From: a virus
Lineage: Duplodnaviria > Caudoviricetes
Strand: one strand, 5' to 3'
IMG/VR virus record: IMGVR_UViG_3300047557_001693
Coordinates: 28,532-92,531 of that record
Length of the DNA: 64,000 nt
Shown here: positions 29,501-39,785 of the stretch, in pieces
How positions within the stretch are numbered: the first letter of the stretch is position 1
Layout of the letters: each line of letters starts with the position of its first letter
Notes under the pieces: generated by a model
Databases searched by the model: none
What the model was told of the DNA's origin: nothing
The model's input: the letters and a program-made list of their open reading frames with translations, nothing else
Made by a program: the position numbers and the translations under genes

Positions 29501-32500
29501 AAAACTAAACTTTAAAATTGTAAGAGAAGATTTAGGTGAAGGACATCCTGACTTTGCACTACCTAATAATCAGATTGGTGAAAACATGGTAGGTACTGGT
29601 GTAATGGTAGCTAAAGGTATTCCTGAATTAAAAGAAATGATGGGTGATACTGCACCTGGAGTTAAGTATGCAATTGAAGTTTACTATGAAAACACACTTG
29701 TAGGATATTTAAATACACCTAACAAGTATAGGTTTGGTCAAAACATGGATGAGTTTAATGGTAGCCCAGAGCACCTTGGAATGCTTAATCCTAAATATGT
29801 AATGACAGATGAAGCTACTGGTGAAATAAAAGCATCAACTGATGGTAAAAGATTTATAAGCATATATGAAAATTCAGTAGAAGCATTCAATAGATTGTTA
29901 ACTCAAGCTAAGGATAATGATAAAACAGAGTTTACTAATGAAGAGTTTACATCTATCTATGATATAAACTTTGATTACTCAGGCATGAGATCAGGAAATA
30001 TATCAGTAGATGATTTAACTAAAGTTGCTAATGGTAATACTGTTTCTAACCTAGCAGATATATTTGAAGACATTCCTGATGGGTTACCTGAAAGAGGAAT
30101 GATTATATTCAACAAGTATCTTGATAAATACTATGTGTATGATCCTGCTACAAAGACTGGAATTAATATTGATGAAAAATACAATCACTATTTAAATAAC
30201 CATTTTAGTCATGCATTAAATATTATAAGAGATAATAACTTTGCTGTATCAGCTTTATATAAAATAAGAGGTAAAGAGTTATTTACTGTATTTAAAGATG
30301 AAGCTTTAGATGTTGATGATGTTAATTTTAATGAAGAGTTAAATAATGACCTTGATAAAATAATTGAATATGTTAAAGATTTAAAAGACAAATATCAATT
30401 ATCATCTTTATTTACTAAAGATGGTAATGAAACTACTTTAGCAAAATATTTAACTGAAGTTGAATCTAAATATAGATTTACCTCTTTAGGTAGAAACTAT
30501 AAATTAAACTTTATTGTTAAAAAAACTAATGATGATCCTGTAATTGAATTACAATTATCTGTTAGTAGAGAAGGTTCAGGATTTACAAATGTTACTTTAG
30601 CAGTATATAATTTAAATAGAAATCTAATACCTTTTTCAAAAGGTGCTAAATTAAGTAGTAAATCACAAGGGTTTTTATTTAACAATAGTGCTTTATTATT
30701 TACTAAAGATGGTTTAAAATATGATGGTAAAATACTTAAAACAACCAAAGATTTTGTAAATTTTTTAAATGCTAGAATAAAAGATAAATTAGAATTTAGG
30801 AAAAAAGGTACTAGTGAATATGATGAAAATGATGTTTACAATTTATCATATGTAGATCCTAATACAGGTAATCAAGAAGTAGCTGCAATTCAAAATGTTA
30901 AAAGAAACTTATCTTCTGAAGATATAGTATCTAATCTTGATAAATTTAATACTGTAAAATTACCTGAACTAAAAGTAACCTTTACTAAGAAGAGTGGTGT
31001 TATTGATAGTGAGATAGAAACTGCAATTGAGAAAGCTTTAGCTACTACTGATAAAACTCAAGATAAATATTTAACTAGTACACTTGATTTATTAAACTAT
31101 ACTTTTAATAATCAGAATGAAGAAACTAAGAATGCATATAGAATTAAATATAACAATGCTGCAAATCATCTTAATAAACTTATTAATGATAGATTAAAGT
31201 TTAGACAGCAAGGGCAACAAACTTCTGTTTCTGAAATAGTTATTGGTAATTTTAAAACTAAATTTGATTCTACAACAAATTTGTGGAAAATTTATGATTT
31301 ACAAGATAATAGTTTAGGTTTAAGTTTTAAAACAAAAGAAGAAGCTGTTAAAGAATTAGAATTAACTGAAATTCAACAAAAGGTACAAGATATATTACTT
31401 ACTGAAGATAATTATTTAAATTGGAGTAATATAAGAGATAAATCTGATTATGATAAATTTGAAGATGCTGTTAACTTTTTAATGTCTAATATAGATCAAG
31501 CAGCTTCTAAAAAAATATTAACTAAACAAGATATTGAAGATATTTGGAGTAATCACAAAGTAGGAAGAAATACTAAAACAAAAGATGCTGTAATTTCTTT
31601 ATTACTCAAAATGCAAGCATTATCTACTAAACAACCAACACAACAAGCACCTCCTCAACCTCCAACTCAACCACCTGCAGATGATTCATCTAGTGGACCA
31701 TTAGGTACATTCTATGCATCAGATGTATTATCTACTGAAAATGAAGAAATAGCTGCTAAGAGAGAAAGATTACTTCAAATACTTCCTGATTGGATTAGTA
31801 TTAAAGATATAGATACTGTATTAGAAGGTTTATCTAAAAGTGGATTTACCTATGGTATGTTTAGAAACTCAGCAATCTATTTAGCTAAGAATGCTCCTAA
31901 AGGTGTTGAGTACCATGAAGCATTCCATGCTGTGTTTAGAGTATTGTTAACTGATAGTCAAATTAGTAAAATACTTTCTGAAGCAAGAGTTAAGTATGGT
32001 GTACCTACTGCAGAGCAACTTAAAGATTTAAAATCTAAATCACCTAAGTATAGTAAGTTAACTAAAGAACAGTTAACTAATCTTTACTATGAAGAAAGAA
32101 TGGCTGATGAGTTTATGGATTACATGCAAAATGGTAAACCAATGAAATCAGATTCTTTCATTAAAAAGATGTTTGATAAGATTATCAATTTTATCAGAAA
32201 CATGTTTGGTTTAGGTAATGTTAAACAACCACTTAGCAGTGAGATAGAACAATTGTTTGAAGACATTGCTACAGGTAAATTTAAATCTGCACCTAAAGTC
32301 AAGCAGTCTATTATACCATTAGATGTTGATGCATATAAACTATTGAAAAATAATGACAATAGTTTTATGGATGGTAAGACCACTAACAATATTATTAATA
32401 GAGTTTTCTTTGAAGTACTAGAGTTTAAAAATAACAATGGGTACTTTACTCAAGATATTATCTATCAATTTATAGATAGTGTTAAAAATGAAATATACTC

Positions 32501-35500
32501 TATAAATAACTTTACAGATTTAATTTCTAAATTAGCTGAAACTAATCCATCTGAAGCTTTAAGAGTTCAGAATAACATTATGTCAATATATGATAATATT
32601 GATAATGATTATAATAAGAAAGAAGTAGTTGATGTAATTACTAAAATGATGCAGATGTATAAGTTCTTTGATTATGATATTGATGATGATCTTGAATCTG
32701 AAAAAGGTACTGAACTAATCCAAAAGTCTAATCAAAGAATTGGTGGTGTAGATTCTCTTAGTAAGAAGTTAAAGCAGTATATAATGTTTACTCCATCATT
32801 ATCAGATGATTTTGGTTTTAGATTAACTGATAATGAAATTAGAGAACTAGTAAGTAATGATAGTAATCCAATTGGATTAAGAAAATCATTCATGAATTAT
32901 GTAGATGGATTTAAACTACATGCTTCAATGGAAAGAATGTTAGTTAATACTAATAGAGAACAACTGTTAAATAAACTGTATCAGCTTACACATGAAAACA
33001 TGGATCTTGATTCATTCTATACAAGATTAGCTACAGATATATATACAGACCTTAAACTTCCAATACCAGCTGATTTTAAAACTGCTTTGTTAGAAATACC
33101 ATTAAGTCAGTTAGCAAAGTCACCATACTTTAGAATGTTTGTTTCTGGTTATAATAAACATAAAGTAGATTCTATATTAAATAGATATGATAAGAAGACA
33201 GGTCAAACTAAACTTCACAGATCTAATCTTAATGATGTTCAAGATAATCAGTTAAAGATTTGGTATAATGATTTTAGATCATCTAACTTTATGGGATTAT
33301 CTAAATCAGTTATTACACAAGCAATTTCTGATATTAATGCTAACTTATTATTTGATAAACCTTCTAGATTTGATTCAGCATTTAATATTGTAAAACAAAA
33401 TCTTAGAGATGTATTAAAACTTAATTTATCAGATACATATATTAAACTATCATTGTTCCACAACAATGCTCAATTGTTTCAACAAGTTGAACCAGGTAGT
33501 GAGATTGAAAGAATTAAAAGATTATATGAATCTTACAATGATATTAAGTTTCTAACTAAAGACATTGTACTAGCAATAAGTAGTTCAATTAAATTTAATT
33601 CAGAAGGTAATGTTGTAGCACACCACTTTACTAAGTCTGAACAAGAACTTGAAAAGGATAATCAAGATACTGTAGAAGACATTGAATTAAATGCAGCTAA
33701 TCTTGGTTCTGTATCTAGAATTAAAGACTTAGCATTAGCTAACTCAATGTTTGATGCATCAGCATCTCCATCAACATTTACTAATGTTAACAATGAGAAG
33801 GTTTATAACCATTTATATCCTAACTACATTACAACACTATCATTAATTGTAAGAAATAAGTTCTCTAAATCTGATTTTGATTTTATAGATGCTTTTGATT
33901 ACAACCAAGGTTTTGAATTGTTTAAGAAATTTATGGTTGAGAACAATTTAGCATCATCATTAGATGATGATTTAATTCTTAATATATACTACAGACAGTT
34001 AAGAAACAATCCTATCTTAAATGATAAAGAAGTAAGAAAGCAATTTGTAGATAACTTTGAAGTATATATTAATGATGGTTTAAAATCACAATCATTTGAT
34101 GCATCATTTAAAGGTATTGAGTATGCTGATTCATTCTTTAGTCTTGATTCAAGAGCTAAGATCTTATTTAACTTAAATCAATATTCTAATGTAGAAGATA
34201 ATAACATTGACAAAGTAGTTAGTACTACTGATGAAAATGATAAAACTACTAAAGTAAGATTGTATCCTATAACTTGGACACAGAATGAAGGTAAGAGTAC
34301 TCAATGGTCAGCATTAGCACCAGATCAATTATATGTTAATGATATTGGTGAACTAAATGATAAGGCTTTAGAATACTACAGACAATTATTAAAATCTGAA
34401 TTACAAAGAGTATTTGAAGAATATAAAGAGATTATTGATGGTGCTGGTGTAATTGAAGGTTATAACTTAATAAAAGGTAATGCAGAAGCTAAACAGAAGG
34501 TTATTGACAACCTTACAAACTTTAATGATGTTGATACACTATTAAAAGAAGCAAGTAACTTTAGAGCTTTAAAACTAACTCACTTTGAAGTATTAAAGAA
34601 TATTAATCCTGAAATGTATAATAAGTTAATACTTAATGCTATACAAGGTAATTTAAATTTTGATAATCAACTTATTGCTGGAACAATATTTACTCATCAT
34701 TTTAATGAGTTTATTGACTTTTTAAAATCACCTGACATTAGAATTATAAGTAACATTGAAAACATGTTACCTCAGTACTATACTAAAGATGGTGGTCCTG
34801 ATATTAATAGATTAAAACAATTCTTCTTAAACTACTTCTTTAATTCAGCATCACTCAATAATATATTTATAGGTGATTTAAATGCTAATCTTAAAGATAG
34901 TACTGACTTATTTAAAAGATATGCTGGACCTAATTCAGCTGGTGCTTCTCAAGGATTTGGAGAAAGTAATATAGCTGTATTTAGAGACATTAAGATTGAT
35001 GGTATTAATACTACAGATGCTCAGTCTATGTCTACTATGTGGTGGTATATGAATCAATACTTACCAACTAATGGTAAATGGAATTCAGAGATTGAAAAGA
35101 TTTATGCTAAGATGTTAAAGCTTGAAGATATTACAGCTGATGAACTTGCTATACTTCAAGAAACAGGTAATCTTTTAAATCCTAGAAAGACATCTGCATT
35201 TACATTTAACTTCTATGGTAAAACATCAACAGCTGTATTATCAAGAAAAGAAGTTTCTTATGTTCCTGAAAATCTTAAAGAAGAATTTGAAAGAGAAGTT
35301 GTTAAACTATTACCATCATCAGGTTTAATTTATGGAACTAAAGCATTTAATGACCAAGTTAAACTTGTAAAGAGTTTTTATAGACCTAGAAGAAATACTG
35401 AAGAACTTCATAATCTTTTAAATAAGATGGAAGAATCTGGAATTGACTTAGCATTTTTTGAATCAGCTGTTAAAACTATTAAGTATGATATACAAGATAT

Positions 35501-38500
35501 AAACTCTGATGGCTATACATACATGAAGATTAACAATGAGTTCATTAGAGAACAGGTTATAACTGACTCTGTTAAAGATGAAATTGTACATGGAACTCAG
35601 TTAATGCAATTAGTTTGGAGTGAACAAATTGATGATAGTTTAGAAGTTAAGTTTAATGGTAAAAATGTAAACATAGGAGAACTTAGAAGAACATATAAAA
35701 ACTTACTAGGATGGAGAGTAACTAATGGATTTGAAACTTTATACAAAGCCATTATTAAGAATGATAAAGCTAACTACAAAGTGTTACTTGAATCATTTAA
35801 ACAATCTATTATTGAACAAGGTGGTGATCCTACACTACTAGAATTGTTTAACTCATTAGGTGAAGTACCTGAATATAATTTAAATAATCCTAGAACATTA
35901 GGAATGTATGAAAAGATGTTTATGTCTTTTATTAGTAAGACAGTCTTTTCAAGAAAAACAGCAGGACACAAATTTACATTAAGAACTGATTATGGTCACA
36001 ATGTTATTAGAAGAGCTGATGGTAGTGTAGTCTCAAGACAAGACTATGATGCTAATCCTGAAATGTTTAAAGATTATGAAGTTACACCTTTAAGGTTAAC
36101 TCAAGATCCTAAAAATCCTAATGTTAAATATGCTGAGTGTAAAATACCAATGCAGTTAGCATCTATGTTAGAAATAGATGAGAATGGATTTATTACATCT
36201 AAAGCTGCTGAAATGCTAGGTATTCGTATTCCATCACAGGATAAACATTCAATGGTTTATTTAAAAGTTGTTGAAGTATTACCTGCAGAACTAGGTCCAC
36301 AAATTATAATGCCTAAAGAAATTATTAAGCTTTCAGGTGCTGACTTTGATATTGACTCTGAGTTTGCAAGAGCATTAGAACACTTTATGTCTAATGGTAA
36401 AATAATTGAATATGGTGGATACTTAACTGCAGATAGTGATAATGTTGGTGTAGCTTATGGTGAATATTTAGAAAGTAAGTTTAACTCTAAAGAAGTTAAA
36501 GTACAAGCTAACTATCTTCTTAAGGACAATGCTGAATACAATGAAGCTGTTGCTGATTATGACATGGCTAAAGGTTTATTATCTAAAGCTGATAAATCAG
36601 ATAAAGAAAGTATTAGAAAACTAAAACAAGTTGTAGAAACATTAAAAGAAACTATTAAGGCATATAAGTATGAAGCATCTTTACAAGCTATGGAGTATTT
36701 TAAATACCCTGCTTCATTTGATGCATTTAAAGATAAATATGAAAAACAAATATTAAATAATGTTGACAACTTTAATAAAGGTAAACTATCTCAGATTACA
36801 CCTATAACTCTAGAAGAAGCCAACAATCATCTTTTAAATGTTGAAAAAGTTTTTGTAAATAATTCTGGAAACTTAGATTCTGAAGGTAATAGAATTGCTG
36901 AAAAACCAGCTAGTGATGATGCAGCAAAAGACTTTATGAGTAATTTTTATGATGTTGTTGAAGATCCTTTAGTAGCTGTAGATTATTCTACACCACAAGC
37001 TGTAATTAAAGCATCTAATGCTAATGCTATTGGTCAACAGAATATTGGTATAGCAGCTCTTGCAAATGTTATGTTCCAGTATTTCAAAGACAACAATACT
37101 GATATTAAAGACTTAGGTACTATAGATTCTTATATAGCTAATGGTGTTAGGATTAATGACTTAATATCTACAGTTATTACAATGGCTGTGGATAATGCTA
37201 AAGAACAGTATGCTATTAGATTTAACTTAACTCCTGCTACACAATCAGTTTTTGTAAGCATGTTGATGTTAAAGAATGATTTTAAATTTGTGTCTGCATT
37301 AATGGTACAACCTGTACTTATAGATTATACAGCATTAGAATCATTTAAAAAATCACCTATTAAAAATAAAAAAGAGGAAGGTGAAATTGGAAATAATCTT
37401 TTTGATTTAATGGCTCAATATGATAATGCTGAATCAATTTATAATTATTTTCCTAAAGGTATTACTTATGATATACTTAAGAAAGCTAAACTGTATAAAC
37501 AGAAAGTTGATAACAAACAAGAATTGTTACCTGATGATTTAACTGAAGAACAATATAGATCTGTTCAGAAGTTTGTAATTAATACATTTAGTCTTTATCA
37601 TGAGAAAACACAATCAATGTTCCATTTCTCTAGAGTACTTTCATTAATTAAAGGATTATCATCTTCAATTGGAGAAGGTATTGAAGGTATAAATGAATCT
37701 ATGGAAAGAATTGGTATTGAAGTTAAGAGAAATAGTACAGGAGAATTATATTTAGATCATACACCTGAATATAAAGAAGCAATGTTAGATCCTGATGATG
37801 CAAGTTTCCCAATTGACTATTTGCAAATAATTAATGGCAATAGTTTCTTGAGAGCTGAAGTACTTGCTTTCTTTAGAACTTCACAACTATTACCTAAATT
37901 TTTCTTAAGTAGAACACCATTAGCTATGAAGATGTATGAGGATGTTGCTAACAACATTAAATACATGAAGACTGAAGATTCTGAAAAACTTATTAGACTT
38001 ATTAATGGTTACCTATCAGTAACAAGTTTTATTAATAAATATGATAAAGATGGTAACTTAATCAAGTTCTCAGATTTAATTGGTACAGAGGAAGCTAATT
38101 CACAATTAGTTGATATTCTTAGAGAGTTAAAAAAATATCCTGACCCAGTAGTTAGTAAAAATGAATTTATCAGATTCTTGGATTATGATAAAATTACTTA
38201 TACTGGAAAGAATAATAATAGTTTAAATGGTAAAACAACTTATACACTTAAAGTAGACTCATTTGCTAAACTTACTCCATCTGAATCAAGAAAGTTAACT
38301 AATGCATTTCAACAACTATTTGTAAGTACAGATCCTAAAGTTAAAGACTTTGCTAACAAAATAGTATTCCACATATTAGGTAAAGACTTAGCAATGTATA
38401 GAAACAACAGTTATGTTTCATTTATACCTCCACAAGTATTAAGACCATTTATTCAACAGATAGATACAGTTCATTCAGAACTTTTAACACCATCACCAAA

Positions 38501-39758
38501 TTTTAAAGCATTATTTGGTATAGGTGAACAAGAGTTAATTAATGACTTTACTGAAAAGTTTATTAGAGATATTAATAATACAATGTCTATTAGAGGTAAT
38601 AGGAGAGAGAACATTGGTAGAAATACTAAAAATGCTATGCATAATGCTTATTATAAGCTTTCACCACAAGATAAACTTATTGTTGAAAAAGATAGTGTTT
38701 TAAAACCATTAATTGAAAAACTATCATTAAAAGATAGTGAATTAACAAAAGATGATTATGATATGTATTCACCTATTAAATGGACACCTACAAATGATGG
38801 ATTTGAAGTTAACATATTTAAAAACTTCTTTACTGATGATGGACAATTAAGACATCCTGTAGTTGTTAAGTTTAATAAAAAAGTATTAAAGTCAATAGGA
38901 TTATTTGGATATGAAGTTGTAGAAAAAAATGGTAAGTACTATTCTAATATTATATTTCCTAAAGGATTTAATATATTGTTTGATGATGGTAAAAGACTTT
39001 ACTTTAGAACTGATTTAACTGTAGGTAAAGGTACAGTAAGTAATAATCCTAATGCAGGTGTCAAAGCTGTGTATACACAGACAACTACTATTGGTAATAA
39101 GTTTATAACACCATATGCATTTCCTATTAAAGATCAAGTGCAAGAAGTTGTTAAACCAGAAACTCCAACTCCATCTCCAACTACACCAACAACATCTAAT
39201 AAACCAGGATTACAACCAAGAGCTGGACAAACTACAACAATTAAAACACAACCTGTATCACAAACATTTACACCTGGTACTAAAGATTACTATAAAAATC
39301 TTGCTAAAAATGGAACTAAGTTTCAAATAACTTATGAAGATGAAGTATTTGAGTTTGTAGTAAATATTACTAATACTCAAGTAGGTAAAAAATATATTGA
39401 CTTTATAGAAAATTTTGCTACTGGTAAAGAATTAGCTCTTGGGCAAAAAAAAGGAGGTGCTTATATCCAAGCTGAATCAGTAATAAAATCTTTTTTAAAT
39501 ATTGAAAAAGAAAACTTTAATGAACTTTTAAATGATCTTAAAGACATAAGATTTTTTGAAGTTAAAGATGTTCAGTCAACACCTACAGCTCAACCTACTA
39601 CTGGTAAATATAAAACTCAATTATTTTACATGAGTATAAAAGGTAAATTAGAAGGTCAAAATTTAGATTGGTCATATGAGCAGTACATGGAATGGGCAAA
39701 TAGTTTAACTGATGAGGTACTTGAAAATGAGCTTAAATGTTTTGGGCTTATAAATTAA
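26517..39758 (+). CDS. Giant virion RNA polymerase fused to a membrane-helix cargo region and a zincin domain
   Basis: Catalytic 'SGADFDIDS' (36342-36356) preceded by 'GIRIPSQDKHSM'; 'TDAQS' and 'AVDNAKE' motifs; HEAFH at 31914-31928; GxxxG hydrophobic helices at the N-terminus. Confidence 0.88.
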   Translation: MPEEKLNSSKLIGMMKNSAPSNPVMIADESKYDLGSGFTIDPNPQYATENIEDLYESRAQMQGAADKWGNGIVKLIGKTGTAVVGGVGMIGSVAYNVAGQLEDLWTGVDDTSFKQIYDNDFYNALNKANEAMDEDFKHYVTREAQEYSAFEKMGTANFWSNDFLQGASFVVGAVLTEGAFAAMASVGRLNNLTKAIRAVDKAIGATDNVVGSVGSMMSKSAIRQTGYEAATLGRQMITSAGYESAVEANSFVKDAKEKWLLDFTEKNRREPTAEETAAAMDEIYKVGNSVFGINLIVTGLTQAKSIPGMFSPKLGKMLGSTYNPEKKFLKEIVETATLTDKQLIRAAKNLGKTVDEVKAMPNISKYAILTGGEKFARGAVRGLEGAVFEGGQEGLQKAISYAGEDYLQDRFDPSESEDIIKSGIAGLTKAFGNNAESWTEIFIGAILGSAGGPGPSGSRLKGWQGGIIEAFRDPANSPELNSFIDLANNYAANSEGIMNNYIKHFNLITNSQLKKDNFAEQNDVYNYKSEEAKQMFDYLNMMSKMDRLSEVEEKYLAELNKLTKEQFQERYGYENLTEKDFLKRKTDINLNIKEQIESVKNSRDKASGIYRGGDVDVLDQIAYTVYANKNLSDRKKQMLSEISNTLNKAVSQRTAEISKMANFKEIRDLQYSINQLKNSRVEPQSEQAQVDQIVKLEAELDKLLEKTYNKELKNTAPDAKLAKDFQKFKADVLFHIEDFNSISEDIENVDPIDKADIQKKLDDIGKILNQEQEYAKLFNRLLTREGIQSLEESVNKLKDDIVKEHIELQDYLMFEKFKKEDPNKKLFEAQEQILKQKRKKVNFDVAVSAQVQNTIGQINDMKTLINGLSLEDNMKESLIVSFEKLHEILAKYETIPTEEGKKTFLQNEIKPMFEDFKNRLKFLEIYSPESYNKVIGSEIYTKLNNLIKSLGATTPANSSATLSPVNSDPSRLQTMEWLPSPEVDAIKNTVTDIDEKLNFKIVREDLGEGHPDFALPNNQIGENMVGTGVMVAKGIPELKEMMGDTAPGVKYAIEVYYENTLVGYLNTPNKYRFGQNMDEFNGSPEHLGMLNPKYVMTDEATGEIKASTDGKRFISIYENSVEAFNRLLTQAKDNDKTEFTNEEFTSIYDINFDYSGMRSGNISVDDLTKVANGNTVSNLADIFEDIPDGLPERGMIIFNKYLDKYYVYDPATKTGINIDEKYNHYLNNHFSHALNIIRDNNFAVSALYKIRGKELFTVFKDEALDVDDVNFNEELNNDLDKIIEYVKDLKDKYQLSSLFTKDGNETTLAKYLTEVESKYRFTSLGRNYKLNFIVKKTNDDPVIELQLSVSREGSGFTNVTLAVYNLNRNLIPFSKGAKLSSKSQGFLFNNSALLFTKDGLKYDGKILKTTKDFVNFLNARIKDKLEFRKKGTSEYDENDVYNLSYVDPNTGNQEVAAIQNVKRNLSSEDIVSNLDKFNTVKLPELKVTFTKKSGVIDSEIETAIEKALATTDKTQDKYLTSTLDLLNYTFNNQNEETKNAYRIKYNNAANHLNKLINDRLKFRQQGQQTSVSEIVIGNFKTKFDSTTNLWKIYDLQDNSLGLSFKTKEEAVKELELTEIQQKVQDILLTEDNYLNWSNIRDKSDYDKFEDAVNFLMSNIDQAASKKILTKQDIEDIWSNHKVGRNTKTKDAVISLLLKMQALSTKQPTQQAPPQPPTQPPADDSSSGPLGTFYASDVLSTENEEIAAKRERLLQILPDWISIKDIDTVLEGLSKSGFTYGMFRNSAIYLAKNAPKGVEYHEAFHAVFRVLLTDSQISKILSEARVKYGVPTAEQLKDLKSKSPKYSKLTKEQLTNLYYEERMADEFMDYMQNGKPMKSDSFIKKMFDKIINFIRNMFGLGNVKQPLSSEIEQLFEDIATGKFKSAPKVKQSIIPLDVDAYKLLKNNDNSFMDGKTTNNIINRVFFEVLEFKNNNGYFTQDIIYQFIDSVKNEIYSINNFTDLISKLAETNPSEALRVQNNIMSIYDNIDNDYNKKEVVDVITKMMQMYKFFDYDIDDDLESEKGTELIQKSNQRIGGVDSLSKKLKQYIMFTPSLSDDFGFRLTDNEIRELVSNDSNPIGLRKSFMNYVDGFKLHASMERMLVNTNREQLLNKLYQLTHENMDLDSFYTRLATDIYTDLKLPIPADFKTALLEIPLSQLAKSPYFRMFVSGYNKHKVDSILNRYDKKTGQTKLHRSNLNDVQDNQLKIWYNDFRSSNFMGLSKSVITQAISDINANLLFDKPSRFDSAFNIVKQNLRDVLKLNLSDTYIKLSLFHNNAQLFQQVEPGSEIERIKRLYESYNDIKFLTKDIVLAISSSIKFNSEGNVVAHHFTKSEQELEKDNQDTVEDIELNAANLGSVSRIKDLALANSMFDASASPSTFTNVNNEKVYNHLYPNYITTLSLIVRNKFSKSDFDFIDAFDYNQGFELFKKFMVENNLASSLDDDLILNIYYRQLRNNPILNDKEVRKQFVDNFEVYINDGLKSQSFDASFKGIEYADSFFSLDSRAKILFNLNQYSNVEDNNIDKVVSTTDENDKTTKVRLYPITWTQNEGKSTQWSALAPDQLYVNDIGELNDKALEYYRQLLKSELQRVFEEYKEIIDGAGVIEGYNLIKGNAEAKQKVIDNLTNFNDVDTLLKEASNFRALKLTHFEVLKNINPEMYNKLILNAIQGNLNFDNQLIAGTIFTHHFNEFIDFLKSPDIRIISNIENMLPQYYTKDGGPDINRLKQFFLNYFFNSASLNNIFIGDLNANLKDSTDLFKRYAGPNSAGASQGFGESNIAVFRDIKIDGINTTDAQSMSTMWWYMNQYLPTNGKWNSEIEKIYAKMLKLEDITADELAILQETGNLLNPRKTSAFTFNFYGKTSTAVLSRKEVSYVPENLKEEFEREVVKLLPSSGLIYGTKAFNDQVKLVKSFYRPRRNTEELHNLLNKMEESGIDLAFFESAVKTIKYDIQDINSDGYTYMKINNEFIREQVITDSVKDEIVHGTQLMQLVWSEQIDDSLEVKFNGKNVNIGELRRTYKNLLGWRVTNGFETLYKAIIKNDKANYKVLLESFKQSIIEQGGDPTLLELFNSLGEVPEYNLNNPRTLGMYEKMFMSFISKTVFSRKTAGHKFTLRTDYGHNVIRRADGSVVSRQDYDANPEMFKDYEVTPLRLTQDPKNPNVKYAECKIPMQLASMLEIDENGFITSKAAEMLGIRIPSQDKHSMVYLKVVEVLPAELGPQIIMPKEIIKLSGADFDIDSEFARALEHFMSNGKIIEYGGYLTADSDNVGVAYGEYLESKFNSKEVKVQANYLLKDNAEYNEAVADYDMAKGLLSKADKSDKESIRKLKQVVETLKETIKAYKYEASLQAMEYFKYPASFDAFKDKYEKQILNNVDNFNKGKLSQITPITLEEANNHLLNVEKVFVNNSGNLDSEGNRIAEKPASDDAAKDFMSNFYDVVEDPLVAVDYSTPQAVIKASNANAIGQQNIGIAALANVMFQYFKDNNTDIKDLGTIDSYIANGVRINDLISTVITMAVDNAKEQYAIRFNLTPATQSVFVSMLMLKNDFKFVSALMVQPVLIDYTALESFKKSPIKNKKEEGEIGNNLFDLMAQYDNAESIYNYFPKGITYDILKKAKLYKQKVDNKQELLPDDLTEEQYRSVQKFVINTFSLYHEKTQSMFHFSRVLSLIKGLSSSIGEGIEGINESMERIGIEVKRNSTGELYLDHTPEYKEAMLDPDDASFPIDYLQIINGNSFLRAEVLAFFRTSQLLPKFFLSRTPLAMKMYEDVANNIKYMKTEDSEKLIRLINGYLSVTSFINKYDKDGNLIKFSDLIGTEEANSQLVDILRELKKYPDPVVSKNEFIRFLDYDKITYTGKNNNSLNGKTTYTLKVDSFAKLTPSESRKLTNAFQQLFVSTDPKVKDFANKIVFHILGKDLAMYRNNSYVSFIPPQVLRPFIQQIDTVHSELLTPSPNFKALFGIGEQELINDFTEKFIRDINNTMSIRGNRRENIGRNTKNAMHNAYYKLSPQDKLIVEKDSVLKPLIEKLSLKDSELTKDDYDMYSPIKWTPTNDGFEVNIFKNFFTDDGQLRHPVVVKFNKKVLKSIGLFGYEVVEKNGKYYSNIIFPKGFNILFDDGKRLYFRTDLTVGKGTVSNNPNAGVKAVYTQTTTIGNKFITPYAFPIKDQVQEVVKPETPTPSPTTPTTSNKPGLQPRAGQTTTIKTQPVSQTFTPGTKDYYKNLAKNGTKFQITYEDEVFEFVVNITNTQVGKKYIDFIENFATGKELALGQKKGGAYIQAESVIKSFLNIEKENFNELLNDLKDIRFFEVKDVQSTPTAQPTTGKYKTQLFYMSIKGKLEGQNLDWSYEQYMEWANSLTDEVLENELKCFGLIN

Positions 39759-39759
39759 T

Positions 39760-39767
39760 TATCTTTG
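39760..39767 (+). promoter_or_regulatory. Bacteroidota -7 promoter element
   Basis: TATCTTTG in the 27-nt gap before the ATG at 39786. Confidence 0.55.
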
Positions 39768-39785
39768 TAAAAAATGATTGTATAA

